In this document: positions 29,443-37,844 of the stretch, one piece after another | Numbering within the stretch: position 1 is the first letter of the stretch | Layout: each line of letters starts with the position of its first letter | From: Nitrosopumilus sp. | Lineage (GTDB): Archaea; Thermoproteota; Nitrososphaeria; Nitrososphaerales; Nitrosopumilaceae | Assembly (NCBI GenBank): GCA_963667665.2 | Contig: OY763927.2 | Span: 320,001-384,000, forward strand | Direction of reading: 5' to 3' | Length of the DNA: 64,000 bases | Program-made: the position numbers and the translations under genes | The notes under the pieces: model-generated | The model's database searches: none | What the model was told of the DNA's origin: nothing | Seen by the model: the letters and a program-made list of their open reading frames with translations, nothing else

Positions 29443-29468
29443 CTGTAGTTTACAATTGTAAACTACAG
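29443..29468. promoter_or_regulatory. Perfect 26-bp palindrome, probable operator
   Basis: CTGTAGTTTACAATTGTAAACTACAG is self-complementary; ~33 nt upstream of the metal-binding gene start, next to its TATA-like element. Confidence 0.7.
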
Positions 29469-29517
29469 AATTGTTGGTCATAATCCTATACAAATTGAAT
29501 CATTGGGATTTACAAAG

Positions 29518-29649
29518 TCAAGAATAGTTTCTCTCTATTTTGTGACGGCTTCCATCTGTATGAATACATTGATCTCCAATGTGAATTAGTCTCTTGTGAA
29601 AAGAGGCAGGACAATTATCTCCACAATTGCATAAATGGGTTTCATTCAT
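29518..29649 (-). CDS. Small Cys/His-rich peptide (43 aa), possibly metal-binding
   Basis: MNETHLCNCGDNCPASFHKRLIHIGDQCIHTDGSRHKIERNYS*. Confidence 0.5.
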   Translation of the reverse strand: MNETHLCNCGDNCPASFHKRLIHIGDQCIHTDGSRHKIERNYS

Positions 29650-29688
29650 TCTAATTTACATAAATTAAAAAAAATCGGGGCATGATCA

Positions 29689-29940
29689 TTAACTACGTCG
29701 CTCTAATTCAGTAACACGGTTTTGTAGATCTGTTATATCAGATCGGAGCAATGATGGTTTACAATCAAATCCGTTATGACCATGTGCACAGGTTTCAGAA
29801 TATCTAGGTGCAGTTGATTTTTCTGAAGGTTCGCCTGATGCATCAACAAATGCAGTGGATGCTGCAATCATGCTTACAGCAAATATAGCCACAAATCCTG
29901 CTATCAAAACTGATTTTTTATTCATTACTATACTATACAC
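29689..29940 (-). CDS. Small secreted protein with CAHGHNGFDC motif and C-terminal coiled coil
   Basis: Signal peptide MNKKSVLIAGFVAIFAV (likely true start). Confidence 0.65.
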   Translation of the reverse strand: MYSIVMNKKSVLIAGFVAIFAVSMIAASTAFVDASGEPSEKSTAPRYSETCAHGHNGFDCKPSLLRSDITDLQNRVTELERRS

Positions 29941-30033
29941 TTGGTATTATTTATTATTTCTTAAATTATAGAAATAGTATACTATTTCTAGTAAAACGAT
30001 ATTTTATATCTCATTACTAGATAATGATACATA

Positions 30034-30636
30034 ATGAATTCATTAGATAGAGTTGTGGCAAAAGGTGTAAGATCTGTTTTAGAAGAAGATTTGGGTAAAG
30101 TCACGTACAAAAAAATAGAAAAACAAGTATTTGAGGTATATGGAATTACAGTGTTAGAGGCAGTAAGTGATTTTTCTAAACTAGATTTAGTTCTACGAAA
30201 GTTCTTTGGCAAACATACTACAAACATTGAATCAAAGATTTTCAAGAAAATATTATCAGTAAATAATGAAACTAAAACTGAATCAGTAATTACAATTAAA
30301 GATACTGGTGTTGCAAAAGATGTATTTGAAGCTTATGGAGATCCTGCAAAAAAGATAATCTTAGATTTATTGTTACATGAATCCAAATCAATTCCAGAAG
30401 CTATTGCAAAATCAAAACTACCAAAGGCATCCACATATAACAGAATAAAGGAACTAATTCAAGATGGATTGTTAACCATGGTTGGATTTACCAACGCAAG
30501 TGATGGTCGAAAGGTAAACGAGTATGCAACTACTTTTAACAAAACAATATTTGAAATTCAAGATGAAAATATTTTGATTAACGCAAATGTACAATCAAAA
30601 TTTCTTAAAGATAGCTTTGCATACAATTCAATTTAA
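30034..30636 (+). CDS. Winged-helix (ArsR-like) transcriptional regulator, Nitrosopumilus-expanded family
   Basis: YGDPAKKIIL, PKASTYNRIKELIQDGLL, DGRKVNEY. Confidence 0.8.
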   Translation: MNSLDRVVAKGVRSVLEEDLGKVTYKKIEKQVFEVYGITVLEAVSDFSKLDLVLRKFFGKHTTNIESKIFKKILSVNNETKTESVITIKDTGVAKDVFEAYGDPAKKIILDLLLHESKSIPEAIAKSKLPKASTYNRIKELIQDGLLTMVGFTNASDGRKVNEYATTFNKTIFEIQDENILINANVQSKFLKDSFAYNSI

Positions 30637-30651
30637 ATGTCGTAAGGTGAT

Positions 30652-31414
30652 ATGATGCTAACTTTTTCAAATGAATTAAAAAAGTCATACAAAATTCCTG
30701 TAATGATTTTTGCAGCAAGTGTTGTATTCTATATGGTAAGTATTTCAACTGAATCACTTGACTTGTCTTTGATTACTAGAATTGGCATAGTTAACCCCAC
30801 TTGCAGTATCTACTTCATGCTTTTTAATATCCAAAAACTATGGTAATTCAAAAATATTTGGAAAATCATACCTGATTTTGGGATTAGGATTTCTTGCCAC
30901 ATTTGTAGGCGAGTTGGTCTTTTTTTACTATGTTGATTTTTTGTATTTTGAGGAGTATACGGCCTTGGGAGATATTCTCATATTTTCAGGCTATCCTTTC
31001 ATGATAGCACACATAATCATCAATGTAAGATATTTTGTAGAAAAACTGGAGATTTTTCAAAAAATCATGCTTGTAATAATCCCTGGAGTAATAATTCTTG
31101 GATATTCACTTGTTCTAACAGGAATCCCTCTTGAGGATAGTAGTGATTTTTACTATTATCTACCATTTGTCTCAGCATCATCAATCGTATTGGGATTGGC
31201 AACTGTGGCATTTACTCTATTTAGACAGACTGCTTTAACTTCGGCATGGTTTGTATTGTTAATTGGAATTACAATTGGAACAATTGGAGATATTCTGTAT
31301 AATTATGCAGCAACTTTAGGAGTCTATAGTTTTGGTGACTTTTCAAACGTGTTGTGGATTGCTTCTCCTTTGATCATGATTTATGCTTTGTATAAACACC
31401 AAAAATCAATATAG
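30652..31414 (+). pseudogene. Multi-TM membrane (sensor-like) protein with +1 frameshift in C4 run at ~30795
   Basis: Removing one C gives NPLAVSTSCFLISKNYGNSKIFGKSYLILGLGF, joining ORFs 30652 and 30878. Confidence 0.75.
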
Positions 31415-31427
31415 GAATGGAAAATTG

Positions 31428-31613
31428 GTGAATAGAAAAATTTTGATGATGTTAGTCATTGCAAGCTTTGGATTGCCAATACAATTTGTAATTACTTCTG
31501 TGTATCCTGCATCTGAATTTAGTTTTGTATATGGTTTGAGTTTGGCAATATTTGGAATAATAGTTGTAATCATGATTGTGTTGTACAGTAAGGTAAGAAA
31601 GGAGATTGGATAA
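31428..31613 (+). CDS. Small two-TM membrane protein
   Basis: Likely GTG start at 31428; hydrophobic. Confidence 0.55.
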   Translation: MNRKILMMLVIASFGLPIQFVITSVYPASEFSFVYGLSLAIFGIIVVIMIVLYSKVRKEIG

Positions 31614-31654
31614 TGTCTATACAAGATTTGAGATGCAAATAATCGTACTATGAA

Positions 31655-31999
31655 TTAATCCATAGTTCTAACTTCAGCATCAAATTGTATATTCCATTTC
31701 TTGGACCATTTTCTAACCAAATAAATTGAAATAGCATAACTAATTACTATCATTGGAATTTGTAAAGCCCAATCGACAGGATCCATAGCAAAATTCGGAT
31801 CATAGTTGGCGTTAAAAAACCAAGATTCAGATGTTATTATCATTGAATATGCTGTACCTGCAATCCCCGCAACACCAACATACATTATTAGCAAGTATTT
31901 CCGTAGATGTTTTATTTTATATAATGCAATCAGATCCAATACAGGAAATAGAACATAAATTGTTTGTCGAGTTAAACTCACTTTTCCTTTTGCAGGCAT
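31655..31999 (-). CDS. Hypothetical membrane protein
   Basis: KIKHLRKY and RKWSKKWN motifs, TM segments. Confidence 0.7.
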   Translation of the reverse strand: MPAKGKVSLTRQTIYVLFPVLDLIALYKIKHLRKYLLIMYVGVAGIAGTAYSMIITSESWFFNANYDPNFAMDPVDWALQIPMIVISYAISIYLVRKWSKKWNIQFDAEVRTMD

Positions 32000-32094
32000 G
32001 AATTTATGAAATTATAAAGACTAATTAGAATTACTAATCAAACAATTTCAACTAAAACTATCATTACCCCTAAATCATATGTAATAACAGACAA

Positions 32095-32622
32095 ATGAAA
32101 ACTACAAAACTTAGATGGGTAGATCTATTCATTATTGCAGCGATAATTCAGGGTGCAATAATTGCCATAATGGCTGTAGTCATTATAGCAATCCAAGTAA
32201 TTAATAGCGATATTAACATAATTCAATATCTTTCATTATCTTTTGGAGGATCTGGCAAATGGTTCTTTTTTGGAGTAATATTTCATCTCATCATAATAGT
32301 TGCAATAGCAGTTACTGCATTATTTTACAGTCATCTTGAAATTACTTTGAAGAAAAAATTCTCAAGAAAATCAAATGTGTTGGCTACGATTCACTTGATT
32401 GGAATGAATGTTGGAGGTGCAGGATCTATGATGATAATGACATATGCAGGTTTAGCAGGCACTGGATTGCTTACAGTTTTTACTGAAGGAAAACTAGGTC
32501 CAAAAGATCTTGCCATTCTAGATTCATTCATAGAACCAATTGGTGGATTTATTGCACTTTTAGCAATTGGTGTTATGTGTGGTGGTTTGGGTTTTGTGTT
32601 GGCATACAGAAATAATTCATAA
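32095..32622 (+). CDS. Hypothetical 4-TM membrane protein
   Basis: HLIGMNVGG motif; hydrophobic. Confidence 0.7.
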   Translation: MKTTKLRWVDLFIIAAIIQGAIIAIMAVVIIAIQVINSDINIIQYLSLSFGGSGKWFFFGVIFHLIIIVAIAVTALFYSHLEITLKKKFSRKSNVLATIHLIGMNVGGAGSMMIMTYAGLAGTGLLTVFTEGKLGPKDLAILDSFIEPIGGFIALLAIGVMCGGLGFVLAYRNNS

Positions 32623-32755
32623 AAATAGTGATAGAAAATTATGGGCCTAACTTATTGCAAAAGGTTGATTGGCAGTCGACTCTCCTGTATTTTACCTAAA
32701 AAAGCATACACAGGTGGATGCATTAGTTTTTTTACGAAAGAAAAAATGAAAAAAC

Positions 32756-33814
32756 GTGAAAAATAGTCTGGAATCATCTGAGATCTCATCATCTGAGTGG
32801 TTATCCCTAAATCAATTCCTCTACGAGATAAAGCAGATTGATTCATCATGCGTGTCTATCTATTATCCATATGGTAAGGGACAAGAAACAATATCTTTGC
32901 TACAGGAAACAAAGAGAAATGAATCATTTGAAAAAATAGAATCAAAAATTGAAATTAGAATTGCCGAACTTAAAAAAAATCCGGTCTCTGTAGGCAAGTT
33001 TACAAAAACTCTGTGCATTTTTGGATGGATAAAAAATGGTAAAGTAAACATTAAAGTGATTGGCACCTCAAAAAAACTTCCATATATCTACATAGCAAGC
33101 AAAAAACCATTCATCAAACCATTCAACGATATTTTGAAAACCAATTATGATGTTTTAGTTGTTACACTTGATCAAAAATCAGCAAAAATACAGAAATTTC
33201 ATGGTAGTCAAATAATCCAAGAAGCTAAACTTAGAATTCATCTACAAGGACGACATAAAAAAGGTGGGCAAAGTCAAGGTAGATTTCTAAGAGCAAGACA
33301 AACCAAAATCCATGTTTTCTTCAAGAAAGTAGCAAACAAAGTCAGAATGATGGATTCAAATTCTGAATTACTCTTGTTGGGTGGAATTGGACCTGCAAAA
33401 ACAGAATTTTACGATGAACTTGATTCAGAGTTAGTAAAAAAATGTCGATTTGTAGAAACCTTATCTTTTTCCACTCCAAAAAATGATGTTGGTAAGAAAA
33501 TAATTCATCATTTGTATCAGCATAGACGAAAATATGTTACAGAAATTATTGAAAAATATGAAAATCTAGTCAAAGAAGGGTTAACTGCAAAAAGAAATAA
33601 TATTATTTTCAAGGCATTAGAAATTGGAGCAGTAGATACACTAATTATCTCTGCAAACTATCACACTACTCCTCAATTCAAAAATATCATGAAAATGATG
33701 GAGATGGCAAAAAACACATCAGCTAAAATAGAGTTTGCAGTTTCTCCAAAAATTATTAAAAAACTAGAAATTAATGATTCAGTTTTAGCCATACTTCGAT
33801 ATAGGGTAAAATAA
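32756..33814 (+). CDS. aRF1/baeRF-like release-factor paralogue (eRF1 domains 2-3, GGQ motif)
   Basis: GRHKKGGQSQGRFLR, LLGGIGPAK, ALEIGAVDTL, AILRY; no NIKS. Confidence 0.85.
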   Translation: MKNSLESSEISSSEWLSLNQFLYEIKQIDSSCVSIYYPYGKGQETISLLQETKRNESFEKIESKIEIRIAELKKNPVSVGKFTKTLCIFGWIKNGKVNIKVIGTSKKLPYIYIASKKPFIKPFNDILKTNYDVLVVTLDQKSAKIQKFHGSQIIQEAKLRIHLQGRHKKGGQSQGRFLRARQTKIHVFFKKVANKVRMMDSNSELLLLGGIGPAKTEFYDELDSELVKKCRFVETLSFSTPKNDVGKKIIHHLYQHRRKYVTEIIEKYENLVKEGLTAKRNNIIFKALEIGAVDTLIISANYHTTPQFKNIMKMMEMAKNTSAKIEFAVSPKIIKKLEINDSVLAILRYRVK

Positions 33815-33910
33815 TCTCATCTAACCTGAATTACGTCTAAATGGCTCTATTTCATTCATTAATCACTAGTATGATTTCTACGTCTCTATTAAATACAAAT
33901 TCTACAATTT

Positions 33911-33979
33911 ATGATTATGACAATATTGTACATTCCTATAAGACCATCACGAAGAAATGATGACGAATATGAAGATTAA
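33911..33979 (+). CDS. Micro-protein, PIRPSRR/acidic-tail family copy 1
   Basis: MI(MTILYIPIRPSRRNDDEYED)*; TATTAAAT at ~33887; paralogue at 46718. Confidence 0.65.
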   Translation: MIMTILYIPIRPSRRNDDEYED

Positions 33980-34006
33980 TCTATTTTATTTTTAGATTTT
34001 TTATTC

Positions 34007-35776
34007 TTATCTTGATTCATCTACACAGAAAACAATTTCTGCTGAAGAACCTGCACTATCTGATACAAGGAAATTAAATGCATCTGCAATTCTTTGATTG
34101 TTTGGTTCTGAACCAGTAACTGTACCTGGAAATACTGTAAACATTCTAATTTTTGATTTTAGAACATCACTTAATTCTTGATTAACTGTAGTTGTAAATG
34201 GTCTTAGTGCTCCTCTGAAAACTTCTACCTGAGCTCTTTGTGTTCCTGAAACTTTTCTTCCAATTGGAAGGTCTGGACCAATTATCATGATTGCGCCTTT
34301 TGCATCTTTGTAAAGACGTGGATCTTTACCTCCACCTGGAACAAATTGTTCTAGTGCTCTCTGAGCTACAGTTGCTGGAGTTGAAATGAATTTTTCAACA
34401 AGTTCTTCCCATGCCGTTCTTGACAATTCAGTTAATTTTGATATTTCTGGTAATTTTCCTGTAACATGAACTACTGCTAGGATTTCACCGTGATTAGTTT
34501 TAGCAGTGTTTAGCCACTTTTCGACCTCTTCAGGATTTTTGATATCAAAAATATGGGTATGACATTTGCTACTAATGTGCTCTTGAAGTTCTTTTGGTGT
34601 AGATTCTGAAATGAAACATGCAGCTCTTCCTCCATTTTTCTCAATATGTTGTGCCAAAAATACTACTCTTTCTGCATCCACTTTATCAGTTGCATCAATG
34701 GTAAACACAACTACTTTGCCGCTAAAATCTGCTTGGTGAACTCCAGGTGTTGTAGTTCCAATATGTGGCCTTACAGGATAAAATACTCTATCTCCTGGAA
34801 CAACTTTTCCATTTAGAATTTTTGCCATTTCATCATCACACAAGTTGAGAACTGATTCTGAAACTTGTCCTTGTGATAGAAATTCTCGATTTGCTATCAT
34901 ATGTGATGTATTTTTTTGAATTTTTCCTGCAAGACTTTGAATTTGTTCTAATAACTTTGTAAATGTCTCAGTTACTTTGGCAACATCCTTTCCGTTTGCT
35001 AGTTTTTCAGCAACTTTTGCAATTCCCTCTGTATCTACTCCGTCTTTTAGTATACATTCTAACAATTCTTTACTTGCTTCTTCAACTTCAACTGGACTTA
35101 GATCTTCAAATCCAATGACTCTCATAAATTCTGAAGCTGCTTTTGGATAAACAGTCTTGTAAATTCGATCAGAATGAACTGGTCCTGGATTTGTCGCAAT
35201 AGATATGATTCCTTTGTCTGTTAATTCCCATGACATTGCCTCAGCTAGTCTGTTCTTTGCACCTTGAGATGCAGTGTATGGACTTCTAAATCTGTATGGT
35301 CTTTGTTCTAATGGTCTCTCTTCAGTAAAGAATGTTGAAATAGTAATTATCTTTCCTCCTTCTTTCATTACTTTTAGTGCTTGTACAGAGCCCCAAAATG
35401 TTCCCGTTAGGTGTATTGCAATAGTACTTTTGAATTCATCAAGTGGCGCATTTGCAAAACATGTAACAGGACCTGAAACCCCTGCATTGTTAATTATGTA
35501 ATCTATTGTAACGTTGTCATTTTTTAGTGAATCAAACATGTTATTCATTGCAGCTTCATCAGCTACATCAACTCCTGCAAAAATTGTAACTTTTGCTCCA
35601 CTGTTTACTTTGGATATGGCATCTTCTAGTTTTATTGCTGCTTCTTCTAACACTTCTTTTCTTCTTCCAAGGATAATTACACTTGCTCCATTTTCAACAA
35701 ATCTTGTAGCAATGGCTAAACCTATACCTGTCCCACTACCTGTAATTAGAGCAACTTTATCTTGAAATTTCAGCAT
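34007..35776 (-). CDS. Two-domain SDR oxidoreductase resembling malonyl-CoA reductase (Mcr) SDR modules
   Basis: Likely start ATG 35776 (MLKFQDKVALITGSGTGIG); NNAG, PYRFRSPYTASQGAK, PGPVHSDRI; second degenerate Rossmann domain. Confidence 0.85.
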   Translation of the reverse strand: MLKFQDKVALITGSGTGIGLAIATRFVENGASVIILGRRKEVLEEAAIKLEDAISKVNSGAKVTIFAGVDVADEAAMNNMFDSLKNDNVTIDYIINNAGVSGPVTCFANAPLDEFKSTIAIHLTGTFWGSVQALKVMKEGGKIITISTFFTEERPLEQRPYRFRSPYTASQGAKNRLAEAMSWELTDKGIISIATNPGPVHSDRIYKTVYPKAASEFMRVIGFEDLSPVEVEEASKELLECILKDGVDTEGIAKVAEKLANGKDVAKVTETFTKLLEQIQSLAGKIQKNTSHMIANREFLSQGQVSESVLNLCDDEMAKILNGKVVPGDRVFYPVRPHIGTTTPGVHQADFSGKVVVFTIDATDKVDAERVVFLAQHIEKNGGRAACFISESTPKELQEHISSKCHTHIFDIKNPEEVEKWLNTAKTNHGEILAVVHVTGKLPEISKLTELSRTAWEELVEKFISTPATVAQRALEQFVPGGGKDPRLYKDAKGAIMIIGPDLPIGRKVSGTQRAQVEVFRGALRPFTTTVNQELSDVLKSKIRMFTVFPGTVTGSEPNNQRIADAFNFLVSDSAGSSAEIVFCVDESR

Positions 35777-35875
35777 AGATGGACTGTCAAACCTTTTGTG
35801 ATATTTAATTGGATTGATCCCTGGAGAAAATATTTTCTTGATATCTTTATTTGTGGGTATGACTCTTGATTTTTT

Positions 35876-36112
35876 ATGCATGATGCAGAATTAGATACAT
35901 TTGTTTCTAAAACATGGCCTGAAAAATTTAATGATATGTTAAAGGAGATCGGAGTAGATTCAGAATCAAAAGAAATTGGAACTGATGATGTTGAAAAAGA
36001 TGATTACTATAGTAGATATTTTGCTCAAACACCTAGAATGATTACTAATCGAGGATGCCTTGATGTCAAGAATTCTAACATTGATGTAATACAAATTATT
36101 CAAAAGGGATAA
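35876..36112 (+). CDS. Hypothetical protein
   Basis: ORF with YYSRYF and ITNRGC; co-oriented with the next gene. Confidence 0.6.
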   Translation: MHDAELDTFVSKTWPEKFNDMLKEIGVDSESKEIGTDDVEKDDYYSRYFAQTPRMITNRGCLDVKNSNIDVIQIIQKG

Positions 36113-36114
36113 AG

Positions 36115-36492
36115 ATGCAAGATCCAAATCCAATCCCCTGGGGTGCACAAGACCGATTTCAAGCACATTTCATTGTAAGAAAGGATGCTGGAAACGCAGT
36201 TGGAGACTATCTTGCAAAAACAATACTAACAACTAAAGGGCATTTTGGTTCAAAAACTGTTGTTAAAGTTGAATGGAATGGTCCTGGTAGTTTGGCTTCA
36301 AAACTAAATGGTGATAACGAACTAAATGAAATGATTGCAAAGCAATCGATCAAAAATGCTACTATCTATGTGGAGCCTACTGAGGAAGCAATCAGAATTA
36401 GAAGTAAATGGGATAATCATATTGCCTTTGGTATTACCAAAGAACTTTATGAAATTTATAATAAAATAGCTGGTCACATTAAAGCAATCTAA
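36115..36492 (+). CDS. Conserved thaumarchaeal hypothetical protein
   Basis: PWGAQDRFQAHFIV, KGHFGSK; 125 aa. Confidence 0.7.
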   Translation: MQDPNPIPWGAQDRFQAHFIVRKDAGNAVGDYLAKTILTTKGHFGSKTVVKVEWNGPGSLASKLNGDNELNEMIAKQSIKNATIYVEPTEEAIRIRSKWDNHIAFGITKELYEIYNKIAGHIKAI

Positions 36493-37025
36493 GCTTTCCA
36501 CCAGTCTAAAGCAAGAAAATCTACTTTGTCTTTACCTTTTGGAATTGCTAAGATGAATTGTTTTCTTACTGTTGATGCAAGTCTTCCTGCAAGAACAATC
36601 CCTGTTGATGAAATTGATTCATTTCTATTGTAAACTTGAATCAGATATGGTGCATGATCAATTCCTGGCCCTTTTTCATAGACTGCAAAGTCACATCCGA
36701 ATTTTATTCCGGGATTGATGATGTATCCTTTGTCTCTAAAATTTTTGTAAACTAGATATTTTTTATCAAAATCATGATATTCTTGTTTACAAATCTCAAT
36801 CATTTGATCAATGTTTAATTTTTGTTTTGATTTGGTAATTGTAATTTTCTTATTTTCTAAAAGGTACAGCCCTTCGATAAGATCTAAAATTAATGGAACA
36901 TCTATTTCTTCAATTTTTGGTTTTGGAATGCCTATTGGTTTTCCATAGTATCCTTGACTGAAAAGTTTACGTGAATCCTCTATATTCCAAACAATGATTC
37001 TATTTTCTATTAACTCACTTTTCAT
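36489..37025 (-). CDS. endA: tRNA-intron endonuclease
   Basis: LDLIEGLYL, YLVYKNFRDKGY, GIKFGCDFAVY, PGIDHA, RLASTVRK. Confidence 0.95.
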   Translation of the reverse strand: MKSELIENRIIVWNIEDSRKLFSQGYYGKPIGIPKPKIEEIDVPLILDLIEGLYLLENKKITITKSKQKLNIDQMIEICKQEYHDFDKKYLVYKNFRDKGYIINPGIKFGCDFAVYEKGPGIDHAPYLIQVYNRNESISSTGIVLAGRLASTVRKQFILAIPKGKDKVDFLALDWWKA

Positions 37026-37124
37026 AATTCTTGGCTATCATTATGTGTATATGAATTCTTTAGTTGAATATAGTAATTTTGAAGAATTAAAAATAAAGTA
37101 AAAATGAAAAATTATGTGTTTTCT

Positions 37125-37790
37125 TTACAGGCTCAATGCTAGTAATATGAAAGAATCTGAGACTCGTTGGCATTTATCTGCCATCTCTTCTATTCCCTCT
37201 ATCACATCTTTCATCAACAACAATTCTTTTGTATTTGATATTTCGGATAGAACTTTGATTGTTGCTTGTCTATATTTGATATCAATTTCTCTCTCTATTG
37301 TTTGTGTTTCTTGAGCTAATTCAATTGCATTAGCAGTGTTTGTGTTAAGACTTCTAATGATTTCATTTAGCTTGTAAACTTCATCAACAACTAGTTCAAT
37401 TAACTTTGTGATGTCCTGGTTAAGTTTTGCACTTTTTAGTGTAGTTACTTTGACGTTTGAGAGTTTGAATGCAATACCTGTAATGTAACCTGCAATTTCA
37501 TCCATTGTGTATGCTGTATTGAGAAGATTTTCTCTATTCATGATTAATCCTCCTACGTCAGCTACTTCACGTGTAATCTTTCTTCTTAGATTTTCTACTT
37601 CTTCTTCAATAGTTGAAATTTGTTCTAGTACACCTTTGATTCCTGCCTTATCTTTTTTTAACATAAGTTCAGGTAGTGTTGCAAGTTCTCTGGCAGCGTT
37701 TAGAATTCGGTTAATTTCGTCTTGTAAAACTGCTATGGCCTTTCTTTTTGCTTGAACTTCAAGTTCTCCACTATACATAACAGAAATCAA
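37125..37790 (-). CDS. DUF47/PhoU-like phosphate transport regulator
   Basis: EEEVENLRR, MDEIA, EREID, EEMAD helical pattern. Confidence 0.85.
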   Translation of the reverse strand: MISVMYSGELEVQAKRKAIAVLQDEINRILNAARELATLPELMLKKDKAGIKGVLEQISTIEEEVENLRRKITREVADVGGLIMNRENLLNTAYTMDEIAGYITGIAFKLSNVKVTTLKSAKLNQDITKLIELVVDEVYKLNEIIRSLNTNTANAIELAQETQTIEREIDIKYRQATIKVLSEISNTKELLLMKDVIEGIEEMADKCQRVSDSFILLALSL

Positions 37791-37844
37791 AAATTCCTGA
37801 GGTAATTTAAATCATCTTTGATTATTGATGTTTTTTGAGCACGA

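Noticed and set aside
35777-35881. N-terminal extension of the SDR ORF to 35881
   Set aside because: It overlaps the divergent promoter and the next gene; the Rossmann motif starts right after ATG 35776.
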